From positions 1 through 64,000 of IMG/VR virus record IMGVR_UViG_3300037882_002578: a DNA stretch of 64,000 bases. One strand, 5' to 3'. The translations under genes and the position numbers were made by a program. This DNA comes from a virus. Positions 28,591 through 38,779 of this stretch are shown here, piece by piece (position 1 is the stretch's first letter; every line of letters begins with the position of its first letter). The notes under the pieces were generated by a model. That model had not been told where the DNA came from, made no database searches, and saw only the letters and a program-made list of their open reading frames with translations.

Positions 28591-31221
28591 ATGAGCAGTA
28601 CAGTTAAGGACGCTATAAATAAAAACAAACCTCATTTCTTAAAATACAAAAAGTATTTAACGGATAATGATTGGACACAGATAAAAAGAAAAGGTTCTGA
28701 AGAAGAATTAAAAGGGAAATCAAAATCAACAGTAGAATTAAGAGAAGAGGAATTTAGAGTACAAAATGAACTAGTAAAGGCTATCTTAGAAAGATTAAAA
28801 ACTTTTGTAAAAAAACATGATGCAGATAGAGAACTACCTTCGTTCAAAAGCTTTGTAAAAGAAACTGTATTCATAATAGAGCTACATACAAATAGAGCTG
28901 ATAATTATACAACAGATTCAGACCTAACAAAAATAAAAGATATTGATTTAAGAACTAGCGAAATAGCTTTTCACAATGTACTTTTTAAAGCAGTTTCTTC
29001 TATAGAAGACACCATATCTGGATTAAATATAAAAGAGGATAGCGTACAAACAGATGGTATAATTTTTCACGATAATAAGAAAGCTCAACTTGCAATGCAC
29101 GATATGTTAGCAGGTGGGGACTCTCCTTTATATCCAGAGATAAACACTATCTTAGAAAAAATGGGAATAGATTTTACAAGTCTTCCTAAAAATGAAATGT
29201 TAATTTATATGGATAGTGTTCCAAAATGGAATACATCTAAACACTACTGGGAACAAGAAAAAGAAACTCTTCAATTTTATGTAGACGAATTTAAAAAAAT
29301 ACGTAATGGTATTATTATAGATGGAGTTCATATTGAACCTTGGCTGTATTATCATTTAAATATATTCGTAACTTCTTTTCCAGACGAAAGAGTTAACTCA
29401 TTAACAGGAGAGCTAGAACTTTACAATAAAATAGACCGTCCTCCAGCTCGTGACAATGAGTGGTGGGTAATACAAGATAATTACTCTAAAGCAAAAAAAG
29501 AAGGTTTAATGCTTTTTCTTGCAGCAACAAGAAGGGCAGCAAAAACAACTTTATTAGCTTCACATCTAGATTGGTGTGCCACAATAGGTAAATTAAATAT
29601 TTTGTGTGCAGGAGGAAGTACAAAAGACCTTGACCAAATAGAGGCTAATTTTAAAATAACAACTCTTAAAAAGAATCCAGCCTTTAAAGTTTACAATATA
29701 AATGATGACTGGACTAAAAAAATAGAATTAGGATTAAAGAAAAAAGACGGTAAAAATTTAATACTTTCAATTTTACACATTATAAACTTAAATAAAGGCG
29801 GAAGTAGTAGCTCTGAAATTTTAGCAGGTTATACTCCAGATGCAGTAGTTATTGATGAGATTATGAAAGTTTCATTTATAGACCAATTAGCAGCCTTAAA
29901 ACCAGCTTTGGGAGCAACTACAGCTAAACGATGCGTTGTAATTTTAAGCGGAACTGCGGGTAATGAAGAATTAGCTAAAGATGCTTTTAAAGTACTAAGC
30001 GACCCTGCAGCGAATGATGTATTAGGAATGCAGTGGGATATATTAAATAGCAGAGTAGACCCAGAAGACAGAACTTGGAAAGAGAGAAAATTTGGAACTT
30101 TTATACCAGGTCAAATGTGTCAAAAACAAGGTCTAATTAAAAAAGATTCAAACTTAGCAGAATTCTTAAAAAAACCACAATCTAAAAATTTAGAGAAAAT
30201 AAAAATTAAAACAACTAATTGGAAACTAGCTAAAGAAGTTTTACTAGAAGCTAGAAGACAAGTAAAAGGAGACCATAAACTCGCTACAAAAGAAAAATTA
30301 TATCATCCAATAGACCCTGAAGAGATGCTTTTATCTTCTAAAACTAATCCTTTCCCTTATGAAGAAGGTAAAAAACATCTTGCTAGAATAAGAGAAGAAG
30401 GTTTAACAGGAAGAAAAATGGACGTATCTAGAGAAGGCGGTAAAATAGTTTTTAACTCATCTGATAAAGAATTACCTCAATTTCCTCATGGCGGAGGATA
30501 TCACGATTCACCTGTAATAATATTTGGAGAGACACCAACAGAAAAACCACCAAGAGGGCTTTATGTTGCTTCCTTAGATGATTACAAACAAGAACAGGCA
30601 GATAGTGACTCTTTAGGTTGTTTTGTAATTTATAAAAGACAATCTGGAAATGATGAATATGGAGATAGAATTGCTGCAATATATACATCAAGACCTGACC
30701 CTCACAGTAAATTTCATAGATGGGGTCACATGTTATTAGAAGCTTATAATGCCGAATGTTTAATGGAAAACGAAGATATGGAGTTTAAACTCTATCTTGA
30801 TACTATAAAACAAACGGAAACATATTTAGTACCCTCATTTAATGTAGCAGGAGACTTAGTTTTAAAGAGTAATAACAGAAGAACTTATGGAATATCTCCA
30901 TCTGGAAATAAGTCTACAATTATAAACAAGGCGGTTAATTATGCTAAAGCAACTCATAAACTTTTAGATGAAAATGGAGAAGAATATACAGTGTTAGGTA
31001 TAGAGTTAATAAACGATGAAATGCTTCTAGAAGAAATGATAAACTACAGAGAAGGAGAAAACCACGATAGAATAACAACTTTTGGAATTGCCTTAATACA
31101 AGCACATTATCTTGATGCTACATACGTAGAAGCTAGATTAAGAGAGCCTGTAAAAAGAGATGATAATTTTAGAATAAGTCAAAACAAGTTATTCACCCAC
31201 ACTAGAAGAAAACTATTTTAA
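28591..31221 (+). CDS. terL: terminase large subunit
   Basis: TRRAAKT Walker A, VVIDE Walker B, GTAG, ASLDDY and HDRI nuclease motifs; upstream of portal. Confidence 0.88.
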   Translation: MSSTVKDAINKNKPHFLKYKKYLTDNDWTQIKRKGSEEELKGKSKSTVELREEEFRVQNELVKAILERLKTFVKKHDADRELPSFKSFVKETVFIIELHTNRADNYTTDSDLTKIKDIDLRTSEIAFHNVLFKAVSSIEDTISGLNIKEDSVQTDGIIFHDNKKAQLAMHDMLAGGDSPLYPEINTILEKMGIDFTSLPKNEMLIYMDSVPKWNTSKHYWEQEKETLQFYVDEFKKIRNGIIIDGVHIEPWLYYHLNIFVTSFPDERVNSLTGELELYNKIDRPPARDNEWWVIQDNYSKAKKEGLMLFLAATRRAAKTTLLASHLDWCATIGKLNILCAGGSTKDLDQIEANFKITTLKKNPAFKVYNINDDWTKKIELGLKKKDGKNLILSILHIINLNKGGSSSSEILAGYTPDAVVIDEIMKVSFIDQLAALKPALGATTAKRCVVILSGTAGNEELAKDAFKVLSDPAANDVLGMQWDILNSRVDPEDRTWKERKFGTFIPGQMCQKQGLIKKDSNLAEFLKKPQSKNLEKIKIKTTNWKLAKEVLLEARRQVKGDHKLATKEKLYHPIDPEEMLLSSKTNPFPYEEGKKHLARIREEGLTGRKMDVSREGGKIVFNSSDKELPQFPHGGGYHDSPVIIFGETPTEKPPRGLYVASLDDYKQEQADSDSLGCFVIYKRQSGNDEYGDRIAAIYTSRPDPHSKFHRWGHMLLEAYNAECLMENEDMEFKLYLDTIKQTETYLVPSFNVAGDLVLKSNNRRTYGISPSGNKSTIINKAVNYAKATHKLLDENGEEYTVLGIELINDEMLLEEMINYREGENHDRITTFGIALIQAHYLDATYVEARLREPVKRDDNFRISQNKLFTHTRRKLF

Positions 31222-31232
31222 CACTAGTTATT

Positions 31233-31271
31233 TAAGGAATTTTGCAATATAAGTAATATAACTTAAATTTG
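31233..31271 (+). promoter_or_regulatory. late promoter box TAAGnAATTTT-N20-TAnnTTTG
   Basis: one of four identically spaced copies. Confidence 0.7.
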
Positions 31272-31299
31272 CAAATTAAATCACACTAAATTTACTATT

Positions 31300-34083
31300 T
31301 TGAGTACTGGAGCAACGCAACATTCCTTTTTTAACGGTGTAGGGCTATCTGGAGAAAATTCTTCAGCCTTACCTCCTCAAGCTATACCTGATTCTAAAAA
31401 AGGTACAAAATGGGTAGAGGCTAACTTAGATAGGTTAGAGCAAATAGGAATAAAACAGTTACATAAAAATATAGAGTTTGTTGACTACTATAAGATGATT
31501 CGTGGAGAGATGGTTTTATCTGACTACGGTTTGTCTGATAAAACTCAAGAGTTTCTAGATTTAGTTAATGAGGTGCAATTATCTTCAAATGTAAGACACT
31601 ATGATTTCTTAGGAATGATAGTAAATCAGATTGTTGGAGAATATGGAAAATTTAAAGATAATTACATAATTGACACTAGAGACCCATTTTCTCAAAACGA
31701 ATACACTAGAGACAAGACAGAAAAAGTAAAAGCTTATGCAACGCAACTATTTGATTTAGAACTTCAGAAAAAACTTGTAGAAGCAGGAGTTGATTTAGAA
31801 AAGCAAGACTTCCAATCTGAAGAAGAAAAACAACAATATTTACAATCTTTACAACAACAAAAGGACGCACTAATTGCTCCAGAAGTTATTGAAAAGGACA
31901 TGAATAAAAATTGGAAAACTAAAGCTGCAGAGTGGGCGCAAAAAACTCTAGAGCAAGATAGAGACCGATTTGAAATGGACGAAATGAATAATGAGGAAAT
32001 AACTGATTATTTATTGACAGGAAGATGGTTCAGACATTATCACATAGGATATGATTTTTATAGACCAGAAACTTGGAGTCCTATGACAACATTCTTTTCT
32101 GAAGATGTAAACATAAAATATCCTCAAGATGGAGAATACGTAGGCAGAATTCATTATTTATCTCCTTCAGATATTATTGAAAGATGGGGAAGTAAATTAA
32201 CGGCGGAACAACAACAAAAACTTTCGGGATATTATAATAAAAATTTAGATAATACAGCTACAGGTAGAGAAGGAAATTCATTTAGAAATCTTTTAAATAA
32301 TAATTTCTCAAAGCAACAATATGTACCATTTGAAGGGTACTACGAATATGACATGACTCTACAACTTCAAGATGCTTTTGATGTACCTCTAGGAGAATCC
32401 ACAGTTATAAATCCAGACGGAACTACTAGACAAGAAGTCACTTGGTTTTCTCCTATGAATAGAAGTGTAAATAACACTACGAATTACTACGCAAGACAAC
32501 TAAGAGGAGACATTGAAGTAAGAAGCGATTTAATACAAATCACAGAAGCTTATTGGAGAAGCTATCAAAGGATTGGCATTTTAAATTATATAACTAAAGA
32601 TGGAATTCCAGACCAACAAATAGTAACGGACGATTTAATTAAAGACTTCTTAGTAGAGAACGGTATAAAAAAATTAACCAAAGTTACTCTTGAAGAGGTT
32701 GAATCTAATCCAGAGCCTAACACTATTGCTTTTACTTACATGCCTCAAATTCGTTGGGGAGCAAAAATAAATGCAGGTAACTCTTACTTGTCAGAAGACT
32801 TATATATTGGAGGAGATGCTCTAGACTATCAAATTAAAGGAGACAGTAATATCTATGATATGAAGCTTCCTGTTGCAGGTATAATAGGAAATTCTACAGC
32901 TAAAAAATTAAGACCGTTCATAGTAATGTATAATATTTGTATGAACCAAATATTCAACTTACTAGAAAAAGAAATTGGAACATTTTTATTGTTTGATGTA
33001 AACTATTTACCTTCTGAATATAAAGATAACGTGGACACTAAGCACACTTTAGAAATGCTTAGAGAAGCGGCAGTAGAAATAGGAATTGTACCTATCGACA
33101 CTAAAAAACAAAATATGCAAGGGGCTGGACAAGGTATGAATACATTCATGTCTCAATCAATAACTTTTACAGACCAAATCAACAACAGAATGAACTTGGC
33201 TGAAAGATATAAACTTTTAGCTTTAGAGCAAATAGGTATTAATCCTCAAAGATTAGGTTCAGCTAGTGAGTATTCTACGGCGGAAGGAATTAAACAAGGA
33301 TTAACAGCTTCTTACGCACAGACAGAACCTCTATTCTCGGCAATGTCAACAGCAAATAAAAAAGCAACTCATGTACATTTAGTAGTAGCTCAATATTGCC
33401 AAAAAAACTATAAAGATGTATCTTACTATTATACAAAATCTGATGCTGAAAAAGTATTTATAGAGTTATCTGACCCTTATTTTCCTTTAAGACATTTTGG
33501 AATCGTTTCCACAAACAATTCTAATGATAAAAAAGAATTAGAAAATCTTAAGAATATCATGTTGCAAAATAATACGGCTGGAAGCGATATCCTAGACTTT
33601 GCTCAAATTGTCAGGTCAAAAACTATTACAGACTTATTAGCAGTAGGAAACCAAAATAGAATAGAAAAACAAAGAGATTTAGAATCACAAAGAGCACATG
33701 AACAAGAGTTAGCAGATAAAAACTTAGCCGCAATTAAAGCTGAAAAAGACGCTGATAGAGCTTGGAAAGCAGACCAAAACGAAAGAGATAGAGAAACTAA
33801 AATAGAAGAAGAAAGTATTAATGCTTACGGTAGAGCCAGTTCTAATGATTCTAATTTAGAGGGTTATGACAGAATTGCTGATGCCACTCAACAAGCTTTA
33901 GAAAATAATCTAAAAGGAGAAGAGGTAGAAATGAAAAAATCCTTAAGTAAATTAAAGGAAGAGGATTTTAAAACTAAAAAGGAGCTTGAGCAGAAAAAGC
34001 TTGAGCTTCAACAAGAGACCCTACAATTACAAAGAGAGAAAATGGCTTCGGCAGAAAGGATAGCATTGTATAATCCAGGATAA
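31300..34083 (+). CDS. portal protein
   Basis: 927 aa, TTG start, between terL and scaffold/MCP; helical with C-terminal coiled coil as in crAss-like portals. Confidence 0.85.
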   Translation: MSTGATQHSFFNGVGLSGENSSALPPQAIPDSKKGTKWVEANLDRLEQIGIKQLHKNIEFVDYYKMIRGEMVLSDYGLSDKTQEFLDLVNEVQLSSNVRHYDFLGMIVNQIVGEYGKFKDNYIIDTRDPFSQNEYTRDKTEKVKAYATQLFDLELQKKLVEAGVDLEKQDFQSEEEKQQYLQSLQQQKDALIAPEVIEKDMNKNWKTKAAEWAQKTLEQDRDRFEMDEMNNEEITDYLLTGRWFRHYHIGYDFYRPETWSPMTTFFSEDVNIKYPQDGEYVGRIHYLSPSDIIERWGSKLTAEQQQKLSGYYNKNLDNTATGREGNSFRNLLNNNFSKQQYVPFEGYYEYDMTLQLQDAFDVPLGESTVINPDGTTRQEVTWFSPMNRSVNNTTNYYARQLRGDIEVRSDLIQITEAYWRSYQRIGILNYITKDGIPDQQIVTDDLIKDFLVENGIKKLTKVTLEEVESNPEPNTIAFTYMPQIRWGAKINAGNSYLSEDLYIGGDALDYQIKGDSNIYDMKLPVAGIIGNSTAKKLRPFIVMYNICMNQIFNLLEKEIGTFLLFDVNYLPSEYKDNVDTKHTLEMLREAAVEIGIVPIDTKKQNMQGAGQGMNTFMSQSITFTDQINNRMNLAERYKLLALEQIGINPQRLGSASEYSTAEGIKQGLTASYAQTEPLFSAMSTANKKATHVHLVVAQYCQKNYKDVSYYYTKSDAEKVFIELSDPYFPLRHFGIVSTNNSNDKKELENLKNIMLQNNTAGSDILDFAQIVRSKTITDLLAVGNQNRIEKQRDLESQRAHEQELADKNLAAIKAEKDADRAWKADQNERDRETKIEEESINAYGRASSNDSNLEGYDRIADATQQALENNLKGEEVEMKKSLSKLKEEDFKTKKELEQKKLELQQETLQLQREKMASAERIALYNPG

Positions 34084-34135
34084 ATTAAACATTATTTAAG
34101 AAATTAAACATTAATTAAGCTTAAAATCCAAAATA

Positions 34136-34174
34136 TAAGCAATTTTAATATTAAAGTAAAAACCAATAAATTTG
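34136..34174 (+). promoter_or_regulatory. late promoter box
   Basis: TAAGCAATTTT-N20-TAAATTTG. Confidence 0.7.
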
Positions 34175-34183
34175 TAACATAAA

Positions 34184-35251
34184 ATGACAGTAGATAACAT
34201 TCAAGAAGGAAGTGCAAGCTTTGAATCTTTAGCAGAATTTGATTTTGATATACCTGAAGTAAAGGTAGAAACTAAAGAAGCACAAGAAACTCCTGATATT
34301 GATTTCACCTCTAAAGAAGAAGTAGAGATAGTAGAGGAGGTTAAAGAAAAACCTGCCGACCTAGATTTAGAAAACAAACCAAATCATTATTCAAAATTAG
34401 CTCAAAAATTAATCGAAAGAGGAGAGTGGGCAGATGCAGAAATTGTAAATGAAGATGGGAGTAAAGTAATGCTTTCTGAATTGAAAGATTTAGATGAAGA
34501 TAGATACTTAGAAATTTTAGAGAATCAAAAAGTATTTAAAGAAGAAGAATTAAAAGAAAAGTATACTAGTGTTGAAGGTTTAGACGACCATAAAAAAAGA
34601 CTTATCAACATTATAAAAGAAGGAGGAGATTTAAGTCAAATCTTTCAAGATACAAACTCTATTCAAAGACCTTTTGAAGGAGTAGATTTAGATGATGAAA
34701 ATACCTGCGCTAATATCGTTTATAGACAGCATTTAGCAAATGGTTTAGATGAAAAAGAAGCTACAGAACTTACAAAATTAGCTCAAAAAGATTTTACTCT
34801 TGATGAAAAAGCTAAAAAAATTGTAGGATATCATCAAAGTAACTATGATAAGCATTTAGTAGAAACCGAAGAATCTTTAAAACAAGAAAAAGTAAGAGAA
34901 CAAGAACAGTTAAAAGTTTATAGAGCTTCTCTTTCAAAAGGATATAAAGATTTAGGTATTCAAGACAACCAAGTTAAGAAGCTAGTCGATTTAGCCACTA
35001 GAGAAAATAATGAAGGAGTTTTAGAAGTTGACAGTTTATATGAGAAGGCGATGGAAAACCCAGAAACAGCTCAAGACTTGATTTACTTTTTAGCTGATAA
35101 AGAAAACTACTTAAAATTAAAGTCTTTAGACACCAAAAGAAAAGACAATATCCAAACCTACAAAACAATTAGTTTCGTTCCAAAAGATAAAAACAAAAAA
35201 GTAGCCACACAAACAGAAGATACAAATGTTCCATTCGACTTTGGAATTTAA
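34184..35251 (+). CDS. acidic scaffold-like head protein
   Basis: very acidic and helical; lies between portal and MCP. Confidence 0.65.
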   Translation: MTVDNIQEGSASFESLAEFDFDIPEVKVETKEAQETPDIDFTSKEEVEIVEEVKEKPADLDLENKPNHYSKLAQKLIERGEWADAEIVNEDGSKVMLSELKDLDEDRYLEILENQKVFKEEELKEKYTSVEGLDDHKKRLINIIKEGGDLSQIFQDTNSIQRPFEGVDLDDENTCANIVYRQHLANGLDEKEATELTKLAQKDFTLDEKAKKIVGYHQSNYDKHLVETEESLKQEKVREQEQLKVYRASLSKGYKDLGIQDNQVKKLVDLATRENNEGVLEVDSLYEKAMENPETAQDLIYFLADKENYLKLKSLDTKRKDNIQTYKTISFVPKDKNKKVATQTEDTNVPFDFGI

Positions 35252-35284
35252 CAATAACAATTCAATACTAAAAACAACACAACA

Positions 35285-36973
35285 ATGAGCGTTACGCAAT
35301 CAAACAAATCTCTTTTTAATGGAGACCACGTAATTAAGTTTACAGATAGAAAGACGGTACAAAGTATCCAAGGATATCAAGACCTAGCTTCTATGGGTGC
35401 TTGGTATCAAGAAGACCCAAATAAACATCACTTAGGGCTTATGTCTTTATGGGGACAACAAGCAAGAACAACTTATCCAATGTACAGAGAATTACTAGCT
35501 GACAAAGCAGTAATGGAAGTAAATGGAGTAGATGGCTCTTTTACCTATGATATTGCTATCAAAGAGACAGCAAACTGTACAACTATTAGAGATACTTCAA
35601 ATCAAGATTTTCCAGGTTTAGATGAATCTACTTTTAAAATTGTACTTACAAAACAATTCGCTCCAGGAGACATTATTTCTGCTGACCCTTTATTCGGAGA
35701 ACAATTAGTTGTATCTCAAGACGAAGAAGTAGTTATGAGAAATGAAGGTTTTGAGCACTCAGTAAAATTAGTATCTACTTCAAAAAGAGCTTACTACGAT
35801 TCTGCATTACTTGTTAAAGGTATCCAGTACTATAAAGTAGCTCACACAATGTTTGGAGAATATGCTCAAAACTACTCTAATGTAGATTTCATGGACTCTC
35901 CAACTACAATGACTTGTAAATTCCAATTAGGAAACATGTCAGGAGTTGAAGCTATGGTTACAGGAAATGCGGACAGAAAGACTATGGGTGGAGCTACAGC
36001 ACACGCAAGAGCTTATGTTGATGACTTGATGAACGAAGCTATGGACTTAGGAGAATTTGCTGTTATTGCAGATAGAGACGGAGTTACAGGTAAAGCTAAA
36101 CCATCTACAATGCGTATTGGAGCAACTATGGAATTCTTAGTTCACAGAGAGCATGAGAAATTAGTAGCTCAAGCATTACTTTTCCAAAAAGCAGGTGTTA
36201 TTCGTGAGGCTAATGGAGTAGCAAGATTAAATGAAGGGTTGTGGCATCAAATTCGTAGAGGTAAGCTTATCAAGTATGGTAGACCAGGCGGAATCACTAG
36301 AGCACATATCAAAGAAGCAGTAGAATATGTATTTAGAGCTAATGACAAACCTGCAGAAGAAAGAGTTGTTAAGTTCAAAGGAGGTAAAGAAGCTGTAGAC
36401 AATATCTATCAAATATTCAAAGAAGAAGTTGGAGCACAGGTTGCGTCATTAGCACCATTCATGGGTTCTGAGAGAATTTTACCAACTAATCCTGTATCTG
36501 GAAGTTTATTAAATCTTAAACTAGCTCCTGTACGTTTTACAGAAGTTTACATTCCTGGAATCGGAAACCTTCAAATCGAAGAAGACCCATCATTGAATAA
36601 TATCCCAATGACAGACCGTTTCCAAAAAGGTATGCATGCTAATAACAGAGCACATACAGTTTACTCTTTAGTTATATGGGACGTAGCGGACGCTTACTAC
36701 TCTAATAACAAAGTTATGCCAAAAGGAGCAACAGTCATTGAAGGTGGTAATACTAAAGCTAATATCTACTTAGTAAAACCAGAAGGAGAAATGACATATT
36801 GGGGTTCTGACAATGGACGTTACAATAACAAAAAAGCTTCTGACGTAGTTAGTTCTTACAAAACTATGGCTCAATCATTCTGGATTCACTCTTCTGTAGC
36901 ACTACACGTTAGAGATTTAACTCGATTCGTAGTTATAGAATTAGATGAAGCAGCAAGAAAAGGATTTAATTAA
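35285..36973 (+). CDS. major capsid protein (crAss-like)
   Basis: 562 aa; synteny after portal/scaffold; GLWHQI motif; strongly biased codon use. Confidence 0.85.
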   Translation: MSVTQSNKSLFNGDHVIKFTDRKTVQSIQGYQDLASMGAWYQEDPNKHHLGLMSLWGQQARTTYPMYRELLADKAVMEVNGVDGSFTYDIAIKETANCTTIRDTSNQDFPGLDESTFKIVLTKQFAPGDIISADPLFGEQLVVSQDEEVVMRNEGFEHSVKLVSTSKRAYYDSALLVKGIQYYKVAHTMFGEYAQNYSNVDFMDSPTTMTCKFQLGNMSGVEAMVTGNADRKTMGGATAHARAYVDDLMNEAMDLGEFAVIADRDGVTGKAKPSTMRIGATMEFLVHREHEKLVAQALLFQKAGVIREANGVARLNEGLWHQIRRGKLIKYGRPGGITRAHIKEAVEYVFRANDKPAEERVVKFKGGKEAVDNIYQIFKEEVGAQVASLAPFMGSERILPTNPVSGSLLNLKLAPVRFTEVYIPGIGNLQIEEDPSLNNIPMTDRFQKGMHANNRAHTVYSLVIWDVADAYYSNNKVMPKGATVIEGGNTKANIYLVKPEGEMTYWGSDNGRYNNKKASDVVSSYKTMAQSFWIHSSVALHVRDLTRFVVIELDEAARKGFN

Positions 36974-37029
36974 TTTAAAAAATAATAAAGCCTCGATGTA
37001 AAAGTCGGGGCAACATGACTACTAGTTTG

Positions 37030-37068
37030 TAAGTAATTTTATTTTAGTTTATTATTATTGTATTTTTG
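37030..37068 (+). promoter_or_regulatory. late promoter box
   Basis: TAAGTAATTTT-N20-TATTTTTG. Confidence 0.7.
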
Positions 37069-37093
37069 CACATAATAAACCAAAAAAGTTAAA

Positions 37094-38071
37094 ATGGCAA
37101 CATTAAGAAATACAAACGAAAAATTAAAAATTGTAGTACACGGTTTTGACATCTTATCAGATACAATCTATAAAGTAGTTCCAAAACTAGATACACAAGC
37201 ACCAGATGGGTTTATAGCTCACGACACTACAAAAATTTTAAACCCAGAAATAGGAACATCTGTACCTATGGCAGTTTGGGACGAAGATAGAGGAGTATGG
37301 GACACAGGACTTCACGAAAACTCAAAAATACTTGTTAGACTATACCCTGATCCAAAAGCTAGAGCTGAAGTTTTAAAAGGACTTAAAAAATTTATTATTG
37401 ACCCTGTTGAAGCTATTAAAGGTAAAGGAGTTTTAAGTCACATTCAAGAAAGAGACAAAGAATCCTTTTGGGACAATAACTCTACAAACATAGTTAAAGA
37501 TTTAACTTTCTCAACTAGTAATCCTATGGATTTGCTTTCTTTATATTCTGCAGTATTACATGGTAATTTAGCTCCTAAAGAAATGGAAGAAAATCCAGTA
37601 TTTAGAACAAAAGCTCAATTTGCAGTTCAAAACATTGAACAAGTTGTTGATTTAAAACAACGAAAAGATTTAGAAAGAAATAAAGCTATTGGTTTATTTT
37701 TCGCAATGTTAACTCAAAATAAAGAAGACCTTTTAGCTATACTTGATTACTTAGGAATCCCTAGCACAAATAACCCAGATGAAGCAGCTTTAAATAGTGT
37801 ATTTACAGAGTGGCTAAACAATAAAGAAAATGGATTCCAAAATGCTTCCATATTTGTAGAAACCCATACTTTTTTCCAAACAAAAGATGGAAAAGAAGAA
37901 TTAAAGATTTTCTCTACTCTAAAAGAATTATTAAGAAGCGGAGCTATTAAAAGGAAAATGGGAGCTATTTACTTAGATGATTTAGATTTAGGAGCTAACT
38001 TGAAAATAGCTGCGAAAGGAGCAGTAAAATCAGAAGAAACACAAGAACTGATTTTTAATAAATTGACTTAA
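37094..38071 (+). CDS. conserved virion-module protein following MCP
   Basis: synteny with the crAss-like capsid module. Confidence 0.6.
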   Translation: MATLRNTNEKLKIVVHGFDILSDTIYKVVPKLDTQAPDGFIAHDTTKILNPEIGTSVPMAVWDEDRGVWDTGLHENSKILVRLYPDPKARAEVLKGLKKFIIDPVEAIKGKGVLSHIQERDKESFWDNNSTNIVKDLTFSTSNPMDLLSLYSAVLHGNLAPKEMEENPVFRTKAQFAVQNIEQVVDLKQRKDLERNKAIGLFFAMLTQNKEDLLAILDYLGIPSTNNPDEAALNSVFTEWLNNKENGFQNASIFVETHTFFQTKDGKEELKIFSTLKELLRSGAIKRKMGAIYLDDLDLGANLKIAAKGAVKSEETQELIFNKLT

Positions 38072-38076
38072 AATTA

Positions 38077-38742
38077 ATGGACATAAATAAAGCTTACCAA
38101 AAGTTTATCATAAAGATAAATAAAAATGCTACAACAGATAGCATCTCATGTGATAAAGGTAGGTTTGCAATAATCCTAAATGAATCTCAAAATAAGTTTC
38201 AAGAATTTATTTTAGATAAAAAAGGGGACGATGAAATCAGATACATTCAACATTTATTAGTGGAAGACTATTTGATTTCATCGTCTACTCCTCAAAAAGA
38301 TTCTCAAGATTTCCCGCTACCAAAAAATTACTTCGACTTATCTAGTGTACATGCAGAAGCCTCTAAAGACAATTGTACAAAACAAAAAATAGATTTATTT
38401 GAAATAAAAAATGATGATAGAAATAACATCCTAAGTGATGAATTTAATAAACCGTCATTTAAATACAGAGAAGCTCCTTACAATCTCACTTCAAATAAGA
38501 TAAAAGTTTATAAAGAAGGCTTTACTGTTGACAACTTAGTGTTATCATACTACAGATACGCTAAACAAATAGAACTACAAGATTCAGAAGACCCAGAAAG
38601 TGATTTCAAAACAAACTCTATACTAGAGTGGGAGGATAAAATAGCAGACCGAATAATAAGTCTAGCCGCATCTGAATTTGAACTTAACAACGGTTCTGAA
38701 AAATACCAAGCTAATAAGCTAAATTCCGCACAAAAAATATAA
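38077..38742 (+). CDS. head-tail ring / adaptor protein
   Basis: AIILNESQNK...YYRY pattern, synteny. Confidence 0.6.
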   Translation: MDINKAYQKFIIKINKNATTDSISCDKGRFAIILNESQNKFQEFILDKKGDDEIRYIQHLLVEDYLISSSTPQKDSQDFPLPKNYFDLSSVHAEASKDNCTKQKIDLFEIKNDDRNNILSDEFNKPSFKYREAPYNLTSNKIKVYKEGFTVDNLVLSYYRYAKQIELQDSEDPESDFKTNSILEWEDKIADRIISLAASEFELNNGSEKYQANKLNSAQKI

Positions 38743-38779
38743 AACAACAATTCAAATATTAAATTAAAACAACACAACA

